The position numbers were made by a program, and so were the translations under genes. Positions 13,001 to 25,951 of a stretch of 64,000 nt of DNA are shown piece by piece. The notes under the pieces are model-generated. The model was not told where the DNA came from and did not search any database. It saw only the letters and a program-made list of their open reading frames with translations. Every line of letters begins with the position of its first letter. Position 1 is the first letter of the stretch. The stretch covers positions 25,358,001-25,422,000 of the forward strand of contig OZ024746.1 in assembly GCA_964016885.1 (NCBI GenBank), read 5' to 3'. This DNA is from Eledone cirrhosa (taxonomy: Eukaryota).

Positions 13001-13821
13001 AACAGACCTAATCGTGGAAAAACTGCATGCATGGACAATATGTAAAGAAAATCAACTGGATAATCTTTAAGATTTTCCTCGATGAAGGAGGAAAAATGCA
13101 CGTTTTCACCTAATGCGGGCCCTAGGGGATCAAGAAAATGAATTTTTTTTATGTGCATAATATGCCTTGAAATTTTGGGAAAATCGGCTAGATGTAACGC
13201 CTCAAAAAGGCCCTAAAAAGCTGGAACAATGAAGTTTTTCACCTAATGCGGGCCCTAGGCCATAAAAAAGTTGGATTTTCTTTCCTCACGGTGTGAAGAG
13301 ACTGACTAATACATAATTACAATTTCAAGGAAATTGGTCTGACGTAACAACTCAAAAAACCCTAAAAACCTGAAAAAAAAACAGTTTATCAACCAATGCG
13401 AGCCCTAGGGGATCTAAAAGTTGAATTTTGTGCATAACACTCCCTGAAACATAAGTAATACACATGTAAAGTTTGAAAAAGGTCGGTTGGGTACTTCTCG
13501 AGTTTTAGGAATTCAAACTCACAGACAACCTCAGGGAAGTGACGTAATGGAGACAGCCAGACATACAGACAGATATTATAAGGGCGCGACGTTATATGTA
13601 TGTATCTATCTAAAAAGAGAAAGACTAAGAATTATAGAGAGAGATCGCCTCATGCGGTCCCTAGGGCATTGAAAATTTGAAATTTTTTTTTTTGCTCAGA
13701 ACACTCCCTGAAACATAAGTATTACATGTGTAAAGTTTGAAAACAGTCGGTTGCGTGGTTCTCGAGTTTTAGGGATTCAAACTCACACACACAGACAGAC
13801 ATCCTCAGTTTTATATATATA

Positions 13822-13860
<39 letters not shown>

Positions 13861-15379
13861 AATATTAAAGATTTATGCCTCAACTAATTACTTGTGTAGT
13901 AGACTTAATCTGTTGCCTGATTTACCATCAGTACTTGACTCATGAGTGTCTGTAACAAAGTCCACTGTTGCAAGTATTCAGACCAGGTTTCTAGTTTGAG
14001 GGTACCTTCCTTTCTCTCTCTCCTACCAGGTTCTGAGGATCATGGACACTGCTTTTCTCTCTCTGGCTAAACAGTAAAAGCAAAAACTTATTTTTCTGAA
14101 TGTACTTTATTTAATTTGCAATATTATTTCTTTACTTCAAGAATATCTAAAAACAGACATGTCAACTAAAATGTTTATTAATAGTGGGCAGATCATTATT
14201 AGAGTAAAGATTTCGAATATGATAAATTCATTGTGCTGATTTGTACTTTATATTGTCTTGCTAATGCAGTTTCAGGATGCTAAAAGTTAATTAATTTTTT
14301 TTCTTTACAGATATAGCCTGCCACATTTAAAATTTGGAAAACTTGATGGATCCCGCTATCCTGATGTTGCTAAGAAGTTGGTTGATTTGATGTTATTTCA
14401 AATATCTCATTCAATGTTGTTTAGTTTAGATTCTATGAATTTCTATAGATTTTATTTTTTTTTTACTGGCTTCAGAGTACAGCCATGCTGGGGGACTGCA
14501 TTGAAGGGATTTAGTTGATCAAATTGATCCCAGTACTTATTGGTGAAGGTGCGTGGCTTAGTGGTTAGAGAACTGGATTCACAAACATGAGTTAGATTCC
14601 CAGACCAGGCAATGCGTTTTGTCCTTGAGCATGACACTTTATTTCATGTTGCTCTTTCTACCAGGAGTTGGAATGGTGGATAATATCAGTAATGGAAACA
14701 TTGTTTCCTTGGTAAGCAAGTGAGGTCTGCAATCAACTTAATGGTGCAATTCATGCAAATCAGTCGAGTGACCTTTTTGGATATGGTTTAGGGTGTCTGT
14801 ATATGTAGCAACAGCACTGTCCCATATGTGAAAGCAATATTCCATTATGGGTCTTGGATGTCTGTATGTAGTGTGTCAAGCATAATGTTTTGTAGTGTTC
14901 AGCTTTGTCCTTTTACTTTCTAAGCTAGAATTCTTTGCTTTTAGCCTTCCTAGAGTTGATAAAATACCAATATTGCTAATAGTTATGTATAAAATTTACA
15001 GCACACACATATCTAGGTTTAGCTGGCTTTCTGTGATGTTGCATCTCATTGGAGGTGTCTCGGTTGTTTTAATGATAGGGGCCCCGTGTCATATCATCAA
15101 AAGTAATGTGACACAGTTAAAGAATTGAACTCACTAATTTATCGTGAATCCAACAACCTAACCACTAAGCCATGTGGCTTCATTAATATACTAAACTAAT
15201 GCCTATTTATATATATACATACACAAATGGCTTGTGTGTGTGTGTGTGTCTATGTATATATATATACAAATATTAATAAGTTGAGGATCCACTTTATTAT
15301 GAGCTGACAAGATTATTAAAAGGCTTGATGTGTTACTATCAACAATCATGTAGAGCAAACAAAGCCAAGGTAAAATCCA

Positions 15380-15426
<47 letters not shown>

Positions 15427-16245
15427 CAATGAAAAATAAGAGGCCAGATTCCAATAACTTCTTTTTTGTTGCATAATACCTATTTCTGTGGCCAATTAAT
15501 TTACGTCTTCAGACCATGATATATATTATTATAGTCATACTGTCATTGTATGTGACACAGGTAAATTGGAGTAAAAAAATGTTTTTTTATGCTAGGGACA
15601 TTTTTCATATTGTGAAATAACATTAAATAATGTGTGTTTCTAGATATGGCATTGATACAAGTACTTGGTCGAAACAACTTCCATCTGTCATTGTTTTCCA
15701 AGAAGGCAAAGAAAAAAGCAGACTTCCCATATTAGATGCCAAGAACAAAGTTGTTAAATATTCCTTCCAGAAAGTAAGAATTTTTTAAATATTTCTCAAA
15801 TAAAATGGATTTATTATCGCCATTGTCATCATCATTTTTCAAGCTGGTATGGGTTGGAAGGTTTGTCACAGTCCAATACTAGACAGATTGAGGTGACCTT
15901 TCATATTAAATTCATGATTTTTTTTTTAAATCAAAGACAGTGACTTTCATTAGAAATATGGTAATGAAAGGGTTAAAAAAAATTCCATCATAATTTTACA
16001 TAAGAGTCTTAAGTTCCAAACACCAGTTTAACAAAAAGGTTAAGTTATATGATGTATTTAATTTAAAATCTACACCATTTTTATTATTTTTTGTTTTTCA
16101 GGAAAATTTTATCCGAGACATTGGTTTAAATGATGCCTTCACCCAATGCAAGAAAACTTGTCCAAAAGAAAAGAAACCCAAAGAAAGTGAACCAAAGACT
16201 AATCCAACTGAAACTAAAGATTCTGATTCTAAGAAGAAAGATTGA
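6887..16245 (+). CDS. TMX2: Thioredoxin-related transmembrane protein 2, complete 8-exon gene, 279 aa
   Basis: Exons 6887-7027, 10076-10136, 10494-10607, 11440-11516, 12251-12357, 14311-14376, 15644-15773 and 16102-16245 join by GT-AG into an open 840-nt frame. The protein has an N-terminal hydrophobic region, KNRR, a TM segment, PAYSGPE, a thioredoxin fold with WSPAC (SxxC), FGKLD, KQLPS and a C-terminal KKKD. Confidence 0.95.
8740..9468. mobile_element. SINE cluster in TMX2 intron 1: one + copy (8740-8917) and two - copies (about 9060-9260 and 9286-9468)
   Basis: Matches to the same SINE consensus in opposite orientations. Confidence 0.85.
10076..10136 (+). CDS. TMX2: TMX2 exon 2 (KEWEWLTFLACIIVIKNRRQ)
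   Basis: Pyrimidine tract plus CACAG acceptor, GTAAGT donor, 61 nt, KNRR motif. Confidence 0.92.
10494..10607 (+). CDS. TMX2: TMX2 exon 3 (TNFLSYISTACMFGKALNFLLFLKQGPIYGLCFAIPCL)
   Basis: T-tract plus TAG acceptor, GTAAGT donor, 114 nt, phase 1-1. Confidence 0.92.
11175..11372. repeat. Minisatellite, 6 x 33 bp (TCTATTGAAGTAATACCTATAWGYTGTTTGATA)
   Basis: Six head-to-tail units with no spacers; the variant positions change progressively along the array. Confidence 0.97.
11440..11516 (+). CDS. TMX2: TMX2 exon 4 (LHLIFCPEPAYSGPENLTYFRGSHLP)
   Basis: TTTTTCAG acceptor, GTAAGT donor, 77 nt, PxYxGPE motif. Confidence 0.93.
12251..12357 (+). CDS. TMX2: TMX2 exon 5 (DEIERDKRITWVIAFYAAWSPACISFAPIFAEVSSE)
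   Basis: CTCCAG acceptor, GTAAGT donor, 107 nt, SxxC active-site-like motif. Confidence 0.96.
12946..13823 (-). mobile_element. Non-autonomous Helitron in TMX2 intron 5
   Basis: On the minus strand it starts A|TCTATATATATAAAA, carries a (TGTC)n tract, and ends with the hairpin CCCGTGCAACGCCGGG followed by CTAG|T. It has internal sub-repeats (CACCTAATGCGGGCCCTAGG) and no TSD. Confidence 0.8.
14311..14376 (+). CDS. TMX2: TMX2 exon 6 (YSLPHLKFGKLDGSRYPDVAK)
   Basis: TTTACAG acceptor, weak GTTGGT donor, 66 nt, frame continues into exon 7. Confidence 0.92.
15644..15773 (+). CDS. TMX2: TMX2 exon 7 (YGIDTSTWSKQLPSVIVFQEGKEKSRLPILDAKNKVVKYSFQK)
   Basis: TTTCTAG acceptor, GTAAGA donor, 130 nt, KQLP cis-proline motif. 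Confidence 0.95.
16102..16245 (+). CDS. TMX2: TMX2 exon 8 (ENFIRDIGLNDAF...DSKKKD*)
   Basis: TTTTTCAG acceptor, TGA at 16243-16245, dilysine ER-retrieval tail, AATAAA motifs downstream near 16367 and 16508. Confidence 0.93.
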   Translation, partial: ENFIRDIGLNDAFTQCKKTCPKEKKPKESEPKTNPTETKDSDSKKKD

Positions 16246-18691
16246 ACCTATTTGTGTGTGTCTCTCTCTTGGCCAGACTCATCTTCACTCCAATATCTTG
16301 GAGTTAATGTAGACTTTTCATATATCATTTTAATTCCTTATAGAGATGCTGAATGGAAAAGTAAAAAATAAATTAGCTATTTTCTATGTTATGTTTATGA
16401 TTCCATATATATATAAATTTATGTGAGTGTAAATGTCTTTACTTTAAACTTAGTTTGCTTGCATCTCCTTTGTTTTGGATTTATATATAATCTCGCCAAA
16501 CTTGCTAAATAAATATGCTTCACTGAGATCAAAACATATGTTGCTTTCGGCTATAAGAGTGCTCTCTCCTGTTTCAGGATAGCCATGACTCTTTCTTTCC
16601 CACTCGCTGTATTTAGATAGCATCACTTTATTTCAGATAGAAATGACTTCTACAGAACTAGTGCTAGTCCTGTAGAAATCATTGCCATCTGAAATAAATT
16701 ATGTATCTTCTGTACTTAATGTATTGAGTACCTTATTTAATTATGGTTCTTTTCTGTTATGTCACAAACCATTATATATATATGGTTGGGAAGACACGAC
16801 AGCCTCCCTAGTGCTAGGAAAGGTATCCAAAAATAGGACGCTTCTGTCGTGTCAAGGACATGACAGCCACCCTAGTGTTGGTGATAGGAAGAGATCTTGC
16901 TTGCTAAACAAAAGGGTTTCAACTTTCTTTTTCATATATATATAATTCATGTTCATACATGGAATCGAAGCGCTGCCCAATATTGACCATAGCTCCAGAA
17001 TACAAGGGGGATAACAATTGTGACCTATTTTCAGGCCCTTATATGATTGTATGAACATAATATATTTTTCTGCTCTGTTCCCGATTCGGCAGTTTGCTAC
17101 ATTATATATATTATGGCTAAGATTCCCTACTTAGCCATAATAAATGAATATTTTAACTCTGATATGGAGATTATATATGTATATTACAGGAAGATCTTTC
17201 ATAGTTAAAGCTTTTAAAAACTTTTTTTACTTCACTAACATCTTCAACCCTGGGTGTCGTCCACCTGAACATCATTGAAGGAATGATATATATCAAATAT
17301 GAAAAACCGATAATGTACAAACTCGACAAAAAAAAAGAAATCACAGTACTGTTTCCTTATTGAAGAACTCAGGTTAAAGTAATGATGTTATTGTAGAAGT
17401 TGGTTGGAATAACTGGGATGGTGGGAGGTAGTCATTGTTGGAATTGGAATACTTGGATGTAGTCTAACATCTTTGATAATAAAATACCTAATTATTATCA
17501 ATTAGTTTGCCAATCATAACTCCTAGGAGGAGGCAAGAATTGAACTCAGAACATGCTAGGCCTGATAAGATATCACAACATCCTGTTCAATTCTTTAATA
17601 ATTCCACCAATCCACCATCCTCTGCTGGGACTGGTACTTTATCAACCCTGAGAGTATGAATAGCAGTTTTTTGGTAGGATTTGAGCACAAAGAACTGAAG
17701 CAAATACCACAAGGCATTTAGATAAATGAAATTTACTGCTCACACCTATGTTGGTTTTGCTGGCCTTCAACGTGTATCACATAGTTTTCCCAGACGTTTT
17801 AATGATAGGGGTCCTGTCTTATAAAAAGATAGCTAACACCTATGTAGGTTGAGCTGGCAACCCATGAGGTCACAATTCATAAGAGTTCTTTTGGGATGTT
17901 TTAATGACATTTTATTACATATCACACCTATTTAGATTTAACTTGCATAATACAAGGTTGCATCTCATAGGTTTCATGAGTATTTTAATGATGAGGGCCC
18001 CAATACTATGAAAAAGAATGTGAAATGAAGTGTTTTGTTCAAGAACACTACACTGCCCAGTCAAGGAATCAAACCTATAACCTTATGATCACGAGTCTAA
18101 TAGCATAACCACTAGGCCATGTTTAATTAATAATGAACCTACTAATTTCATGTGAAGCTTATCCCTTTATTACTATCCAAAATAGAGATACATTAAGAGA
18201 AGGAGAAAAATGTGAGGTTGACTTAAATAAAAAGCTGATTTTCAGATCAGACCTAGGAATCTATATTTTCTTTGGTCTTTTCATTACTGATCACAACTAG
18301 CAGGAGGTGAGATTCGGAGTCTGAAAATGCACAGAGCTGGAAAAAATACCAAGGAATTTAAGCTGATACTTTAATGACTTTGCCAATTCACTGGTTGACA
18401 TAAATAGAGGAAGACTAAAAAGCGGGTCTGGATGAAGAGAGAAAATATGAGAGAGAGAGAGATTATAAAATTATAGAAACAGTGACACTAATAACAGCAT
18501 AGATAGCTAGAGAGAGGTAGCCTTTATTATCCATGCTATTTAGAAAAACAGTCATGGCATCACCAATCTATACCAGATTTTCTCTTTTATCTACCATGTT
18601 AGATTTCCTTTGTTTGAAAATAAAATATATGACTGATTGAATATGATATTGTTAACATGTCTCAGTTACCTTACTAAAGGTTCTTGTAGAT

Positions 18692-18750
<59 letters not shown>

Positions 18751-18811
18751 ATTTCTAACAGTATTTAATTGTTTAATCCCCACATTCCCTGCTAGCAAGG
18801 GCTGGACTGTA

Positions 18812-18845
<34 letters not shown>

Positions 18846-19053
18846 TAATAATCAGCACTGGTCACCAAAATATTGTTGCAATTTTATTTGTAATTTCCTT
18901 ATACATATTTATACAATGTCTTCATCCTCCGTCGTATTTTATACGTTTACCCCCCATCCCCCACATTACATTTGAATGTCATCATCCTTTCCCTATCTCC
19001 CCCCACCCCATTGTCTTTGGTTGTTAGTGGTTTATAGTATTAGAGAAACCCCT

Positions 19054-19490
19054 TTACTTGTCCTTCTTAGATTCTTCTGATATCTCTGTATCACTTTTGT
19101 TATCCTGCTTTTCTTCATCACTCAATTCCTCTTTGTCGACCATTTCAAAACCTTCTTGATCGTCACTAGGTTCACTCTCAGAACCCCCTTCACTGGGACT
19201 CTTGTTTTCTTCATAAGATTTCTCCGTTGTTACAGACTGATTTTCTTCATTTACTGGGGATGTTACACCTGTAGACACAGTTACGTCACCTGAGCCATTG
19301 CTTAAACCATCTTTGTCGTTTTCTTTGAGTTTTTTGTCTGAATCTTTAGGTTTTGGTGCATAAGTGTCATGTTTATAAAGTGGTCGGAATGAATCAACGA
19401 AGCCCACATCTTCATTGAGGTTGGGTAGAAACCAGAAGTGATGTTTACCCAGGGTACACATCCAGATAGCACAGAAGAGGATTAAACGGA
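19054..19490 (-). CDS. SEC62: SEC62 exon 8 (VRLILFCAIW...HFWFLPNLNEDVGFVDSFRPLY...SKKDK*)
   Basis: TTTCAG acceptor; lies within ORF 19054..19551; TAA stop; minus-strand AATAAA near 18883-18888. Confidence 0.96.
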
Positions 19491-19578
19491 CTGAAATGGA
19501 AATAGAAAAAATAATTAAATTAAAGACAAAATATTCAGTAATTGTTAACATTCAAACAGTGAAGATTTCTCAGCATAC

Positions 19579-19639
<61 letters not shown>

Positions 19640-22600
19640 TTTTAAGGTAATTTTGCCCTGATAAAACAGGTTAGCCTTGTGGTCCCCGTGACAAGCTTCA
19701 TACTCATCATGGAATTCCTTTGGAGGTAATGTTTTATAGTTTGTTGCCCTTATCACCAATCCTTTTAGCCACTTCTAACAACAAGCAGGGATACAGTGTA
19801 CCTAATCTAAACCAGATACACACATTATATCTTCTCATATCCTTTACAAAACATCAGATGTTGCTTCAGTCTGGCTGACAGAACTGTGAATGTGTTACTC
19901 CACAGGATAGCAAAGGAAGGAGATGCTTTGAAAGAACCAGTTCAACATGTGAGGCTCATTCTTCCAGAAAATTATAGAAGCTATTGTTTCTACCATCAAA
20001 ATGAAATGAAATGAAATTCAGATCTCATACCTACGTAAATTTAGCTGACCTCCCACAAGGTCTTAGGAAATTTCTCGGGTGTTTTAATGATAGGAGTCCT
20101 AGTCCTATCATGTTTTTACAACTCACATTTAAATATATTTAGCTGGCTTCCTATGATATTGCATCTCATAAGTTTCTTGGGTGTTTTAATGATAGGAGCC
20201 TCAGTCCTATCGTGAAAAGCAATGTGAAAGTGTCTTGCTCAAGAACACAATGCACCACTTAGTTCATGAATTGAACCCATGACCTTAACCACTAGGCCCA
20301 ACACATGGTCTCACAGATTGAGTTTGGCATATTTATTTTTACCAGAATCGTAGCAGCAAAATTTGAAAAAGCATAAAATGAAATTTACAGCTGTGACCTA
20401 TGTAGGTTGTATCTCATAGGAGGTTTCTTGCGTGTTTTAATGATAGGGGTCCAAGTTCCATCATGAAAAACAACATGAAATGCAGCATCTTCCCCAAGAA
20501 CACAGTGCACTGCTCAATCACAGGAATCAAACTCATGACTTTATTACCATGAGTGCAACACCCTAACCTCTAGGCTATACACCTTGATAGCAAAATTTTA
20601 ACCGAAGACATTTCACAACCAAATGAACTAATAAATATATAACTAAATTTTAACACCTGATTGAAACAAGTAATCAATACAATATAAATGATGTTATTAA
20701 TATAAATGATGTTATTACATCCGACATGAAAATATTGAATTGATTAACAATCATCATTTTGTCCCACTCCACTACAAAACTGAATTCATTTGAAGACATG
20801 TCATCTAGTAATGGAATATGTACCTCTGTCAGTTCCAATGATGAGTGTTCCAGTTGTTTGATCAATGGAACAGCTTGCTCTCGATATTAACATACATTCC
20901 ACAAACACATATACCCTTAATATAATTCTCAGGAAGCTTCAGCATAACACAGTATGTGACAAGGCTGGCCCTTTGATTTACAGGATCAGTCATTCCAACA
21001 GGTTTTCAAATCGTTTTTGTCTACCCAACTTCACAAACAAATTTTGAACTAATCTGATGCTATGATAAATGGACAATTAGTGAAGTATTTGAAGGGATTT
21101 ACAAAAATTATTTCGATTATTAAGATTGTAACATAACAAAAAAGTATTTATAAAAAACTGTTGGAAAATTTAAATTTAAATACAAAACTTTTAAATGGAT
21201 GGCTTGGTTTCATAGAACCAATGGTGGTTTGGGGCAGGTTGATATTGAAAAGGTTAAATAAACAATATTAGTTGCAACAGAAACAAAAGACAATACTTAC
21301 CAACAAAGAGGACCAGAATAAAAGCAAGGAAACCGGCACCACTCAAACTTAAATAATAAACACCTATTCTTACTTCCTCAGGCCAAAGAGGGAATAGACA
21401 TAATGCTATGGCACCAAGAACTGTCAACAAAGTGAAAAATCATTTTATTAACATAACATTAAAAACAAAAAAAATAAATTCTATTTAATGTTTTATTTTA
21501 CATTTATTTTAACCCTTAATATCCAGAAAATATCTTTAAAAAACAGGTATGATAATTTAACTGTTTACAGTATCTTTATTAGACAGATCACTAAATATTT
21601 GTATTATTATCTCTTAACCTTCAGTGACAATTTAGCAAAGAATATGTAAAAATGTTTGTTAATTTAACTGTTTATAGTATGTTTACTAGAGGACAGATTA
21701 TTGTAAAAATTTGCAATATTATCTCTTAACATCTTGTAATAATTTAGCATAAAATATATAAAAAGAGGTTTGTTAATTCACATGTTTATAGTATACTTAC
21801 TCTTGGACAGATCTTTATGAAAATTTGCAGTATTTGAGTAAAGATTTTAATTTTTAATGGGATACAGTTCATGTTTTATACTTTTCAAGAATGTCTTGGA
21901 AATGTGATTTCATATGGTACAGGATGTTAAGAGTTAAAAAAGATTTATGAATTAGTTTCCTGAATTATATTATAATTCTGAAATAACTATTTCTCCAATA
22001 AGCCAGCCAACCAGACAAATGTACAAACAAACAGACTTACCCATGAGAAGCCCAATAATGAAAGTCTTTACAGGAACAGGGTCATAAATCCAAACATACA
22101 CCTTTATAAAAATTGGGAAAATAAGAACTAATTAAGACAAATGTTTATATTTTCATTTTTAAGAAAAACATATATATATATACAGACATCATATAATTTA
22201 CCTTTCCTTTAGAGAGAATCCCTTTATTGTAGAAGTGATGGGAAGAATGAACAATATTTTAAAGTCACAAGAACATATTTCACTGTAATCTAAACCATTT
22301 TACAGCATCTACTGGGAGCATTTTATTGTGGCATCTGCACTACTACTCAACAGAGTGTACACGGTGTATTTTGTGGCACCAGCACTACCACTTAACAGAA
22401 TGTACCGCGTGCATGATTTGGCACCAGTAATACTACACAATAGCATGTACCGGGTACATTTGTGACACCAGCACTACCACTTTATTATATAGTGGATGCA
22501 TTGTCATGACACCAACACTAGAAAGGTTGTCAGGTCCACAACAGGACTAAAGGTATCTTCTTTACTTCTACTACTGTATATTGTCTAGAAATTTTAGTCA

Positions 22601-25600
22601 TGTTTTATGTCACTCAATGTAATCGGCCTAGCCCTGACCCCATAGTAATGCCACTCAATAATCAATAAAAATCAATACCTCATCTCCATCAATGAATCTT
22701 TGGTCATCAGGCATGCCGAGTTTTAACTTTTTCTCTTTCTTTTTCTTTTCTTCTTCCTGAAAAAAAGATTTTTGTTTTATCCTTCAAATACTTTCAGTTA
22801 TTAGATTGCAATTATACTTGGGCACCATCATAAAGGATTTAACCTGTCATATTGATCCCAGTACTTTTTTTTTTAAATTCTGGTACTTATTTCATCAATC
22901 TTTTTTTTGTCAAACTGCTAAATCTCTGGACATTAACACATATGCATCATAATCACTTTATGTCCCCTTCCCATATTGGCATGGGTTAGACAGGTTGTCA
23001 TGGTCCTAGCATCCAATCTTGCTCAATGTTCCATATCTGGCATGGTTTCTATGGTCAGACGACTTTCCAAACACCAATCACATTATAGTGTCTTAGTTGT
23101 GCTTTCCGTCACACAAGCACTACCCTTTATACACACGCACGCACGCACACACACACACACACATATATCATCATCATCATCACTGTTTAACGTCCATTTT
23201 TCCATGCTAGCATGGGTTCGACGAGTTATCCCATTGTAAGACAAGTTCAGCCAAATGACAGTGTCTTGCTCACACAGAACTGTTTCTGGGTTGGTTTCTA
23301 TAATTGGATGCTTTCCCTAATGCCAACCACATTCACACACACACACACACATATCATCATCATCATCATCATCATTTTACGTACGCTTTTCCCTGCTTGC
23401 AAGGGTGGGACAGGTCTTATTCAGCACAGCATCTCTCCACTCGTCACGGTCCCTCGTCATTATACACACACAAAGGGTCTATAGAGTTTCTAACTACCAA
23501 AGTTCATTCACAAGACACTGATCAACCTCAAGCTGTAATAGTGCCATGCAGTGGAATTGAATTCAAAACAACTAAGCATGAATTAGGAGTTAAAAGATAT
23601 AAACCTTTTTTTCTTCCTTTTCTTCTTTTTTTTTCTCTGTGTCATCTGTTTTCTCACCTTCACGGTCACTTTCTTTTTCTTTTTCTTTCTCTTTCTCTTT
23701 TTTGCTTTTCTTGTCTTTTTTACTTCGTTTTTCCTGGATAAATAATTGTTTCTACATTTGGCACATTTGGATAAATAATTGTTTCTACTTTAGGCACAAG
23801 GCCACCAATTACCCAGTGCAATTTGGATAAATAATAATATAACAGCAACAGTAAATAGTCTCTATTATATAACAACAGCTAATAGTCTCTATTATGTAAC
23901 ATCAATTAATAGTTTGTTATATAATACCCGTCAATAGTTTGTTATATAACAGTTAATCTCTATTATAACATCAATTAATCTATTATAACACAAACATAAA
24001 TTGAGCCAATATCTAATGACATCAGTTAATTTTTATTATAATTTAAGTTAATAATCTCATATATAACACACATTATTAAACACATAAGTTAATAACCTCT
24101 ATTATGTAACAACACCAGTAAATAATATCTATAACAAGATTTAGGAGAGATGGTCACCAATTTTAGAAGGCTGCATTGTTTTACGATTTAGAGGGGAGTT
24201 CGTTTCCCTAGCTTGGCTGCTAGAACATCTCTTCTATTTGTTGTTAGGTGTAGGTAAACAATTAAGCAAAAAGAACATACCTCGAGATTATATGTACATG
24301 AGCATTTTAATCAGAGCAATAAACAAAACAGGTTATCATATCAGTTGCTCCTTGATTGGTAATTCGTAATTATCAATTTTGTGGCGGTGTTCAAATATCC
24401 CGTGACCGCATGGTGCAATACCGCTGTTTCGCCACTGTGAAACGCGTCTGTTCGCCTCTAGAGACAAAAGTCGAAGAGAGAGTTTATTCAGCTACCGACG
24501 TCAGAACTAAGGGCAGTTAATCGACTGCCTCCAAAGTCAAAGCTAGGTGGCGTGATCTTCTACAAAGATCAGTTAATAACTCCAGTTAAATAAAACAGCA
24601 GTTTATAATATATATTAAAGTTAACACAAACCTTATCCTCTTCTATGTTGGTTTCTTCTTCACTCCCAGCTTTGATAGCTTTCTTTTTTGTTTTTGTTCT
24701 ATCTGATTTTTTCTTTTCTATCCGAATGGCCCGGTGAAAGAGGCCTTTTGTTAGTAATCTGCAAGTGTAGGCAAAGTGGAGACATTTAAAATACAAACAA
24801 TATATATATATTTATGGACAACAGAGAGTATATATTAGAAAATATAAGGTAAATTTAATACCTTTTATAATCATCACTGTCTAAATATAAACAAATAGGA
24901 AAAACATTCTATTCTCTTTGCAATCAGAAGACAAACACACTTATCCATCCACCCATGAAAGAGAACTTACAGACAAATGTTATTTATATCAAACATAAAC
25001 CAGAACTTAATTAAAATGGCCAGTCCAATTTGCATAATATGCAGTTAAAAGCATATATTAGAAAATTGCATATGTTGTTATAGTTTTGGGGTTGTACATG
25101 TCGGGTAAATGACTTGATTTGAGACTGTGTTCCAACTAAATCAATTACATTTCGGCAGAGTCATTTTAGCCACAGCTGTACATGTCTGGCAAGTTACTTA
25201 ATCTGAGACTTTGTTGAAACTAAAGCAATTACATTGTGAAAAAGTCATTTTAGCCACAACTGTACATTTCTGGCAAGTGACTTGGTCTGAGACCATATGT
25301 TAAAACTAAATCAATTATGTGGAAGTTATTTTCGCCATTCAGAAACAATTCCACTGCAACCGATTTAGAACTGTATTGGTGACCAGGACACAACAATACA
25401 TCAAAAGTTTTGATATAAAAAAAAAAAAATGATAACTGCAAAGTGAAGTGAACAATGTTGGGGTGTTTTTGAATAGCTAAAATGACCCTTCAACAATGTA
25501 ATTGTTTATATTGTTTTCATAGCAAGATTTTCAGCTTCCTTTATTGGTCAACAATAGATTTAATTAAGCCACCACATTAGCAACAGCTTAATTAATTCTG

Positions 25601-25913
25601 CATGTCATAAGGAATAAGGAATACAAAATAAATAATGTAATCCTTAAATGAATGATACCAATCATTGTTTGTTCTATAGAATATTTAAGGTAAATTGTAT
25701 CAATATAGGTACAGGCATAGCTGTGTGATTAACTACATGGTTTTGGGTTCACTCCCACTGCATGGAGCCTCAAATTGACTAATGTCTAGTGAGTGAAAAA
25801 TTAGGCTGACAGAAAGAGCAGATTTATATTGTGTGTGAATTGACAGTCAATTGACTTTCGTCAAATCGAACCAAGCAAACAATGTTTTCATTGATCATTC
25901 CAATTGTGTGTGA

Positions 25914-25951
<38 letters not shown>

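Noticed and set aside
16130-16312. ORF overlapping the last TMX2 exon in another frame
   Set aside because: Alternative-frame shadow of the lysine-rich TMX2 exon 8.
24120-24600. Telomerase RNA or another known ncRNA (7SK, RNase P/MRP, H/ACA snoRNA) in SEC62 intron 4
   Set aside because: I could not identify a CTAACCCT-type template, a convincing H box or the conserved P4 motifs by eye.
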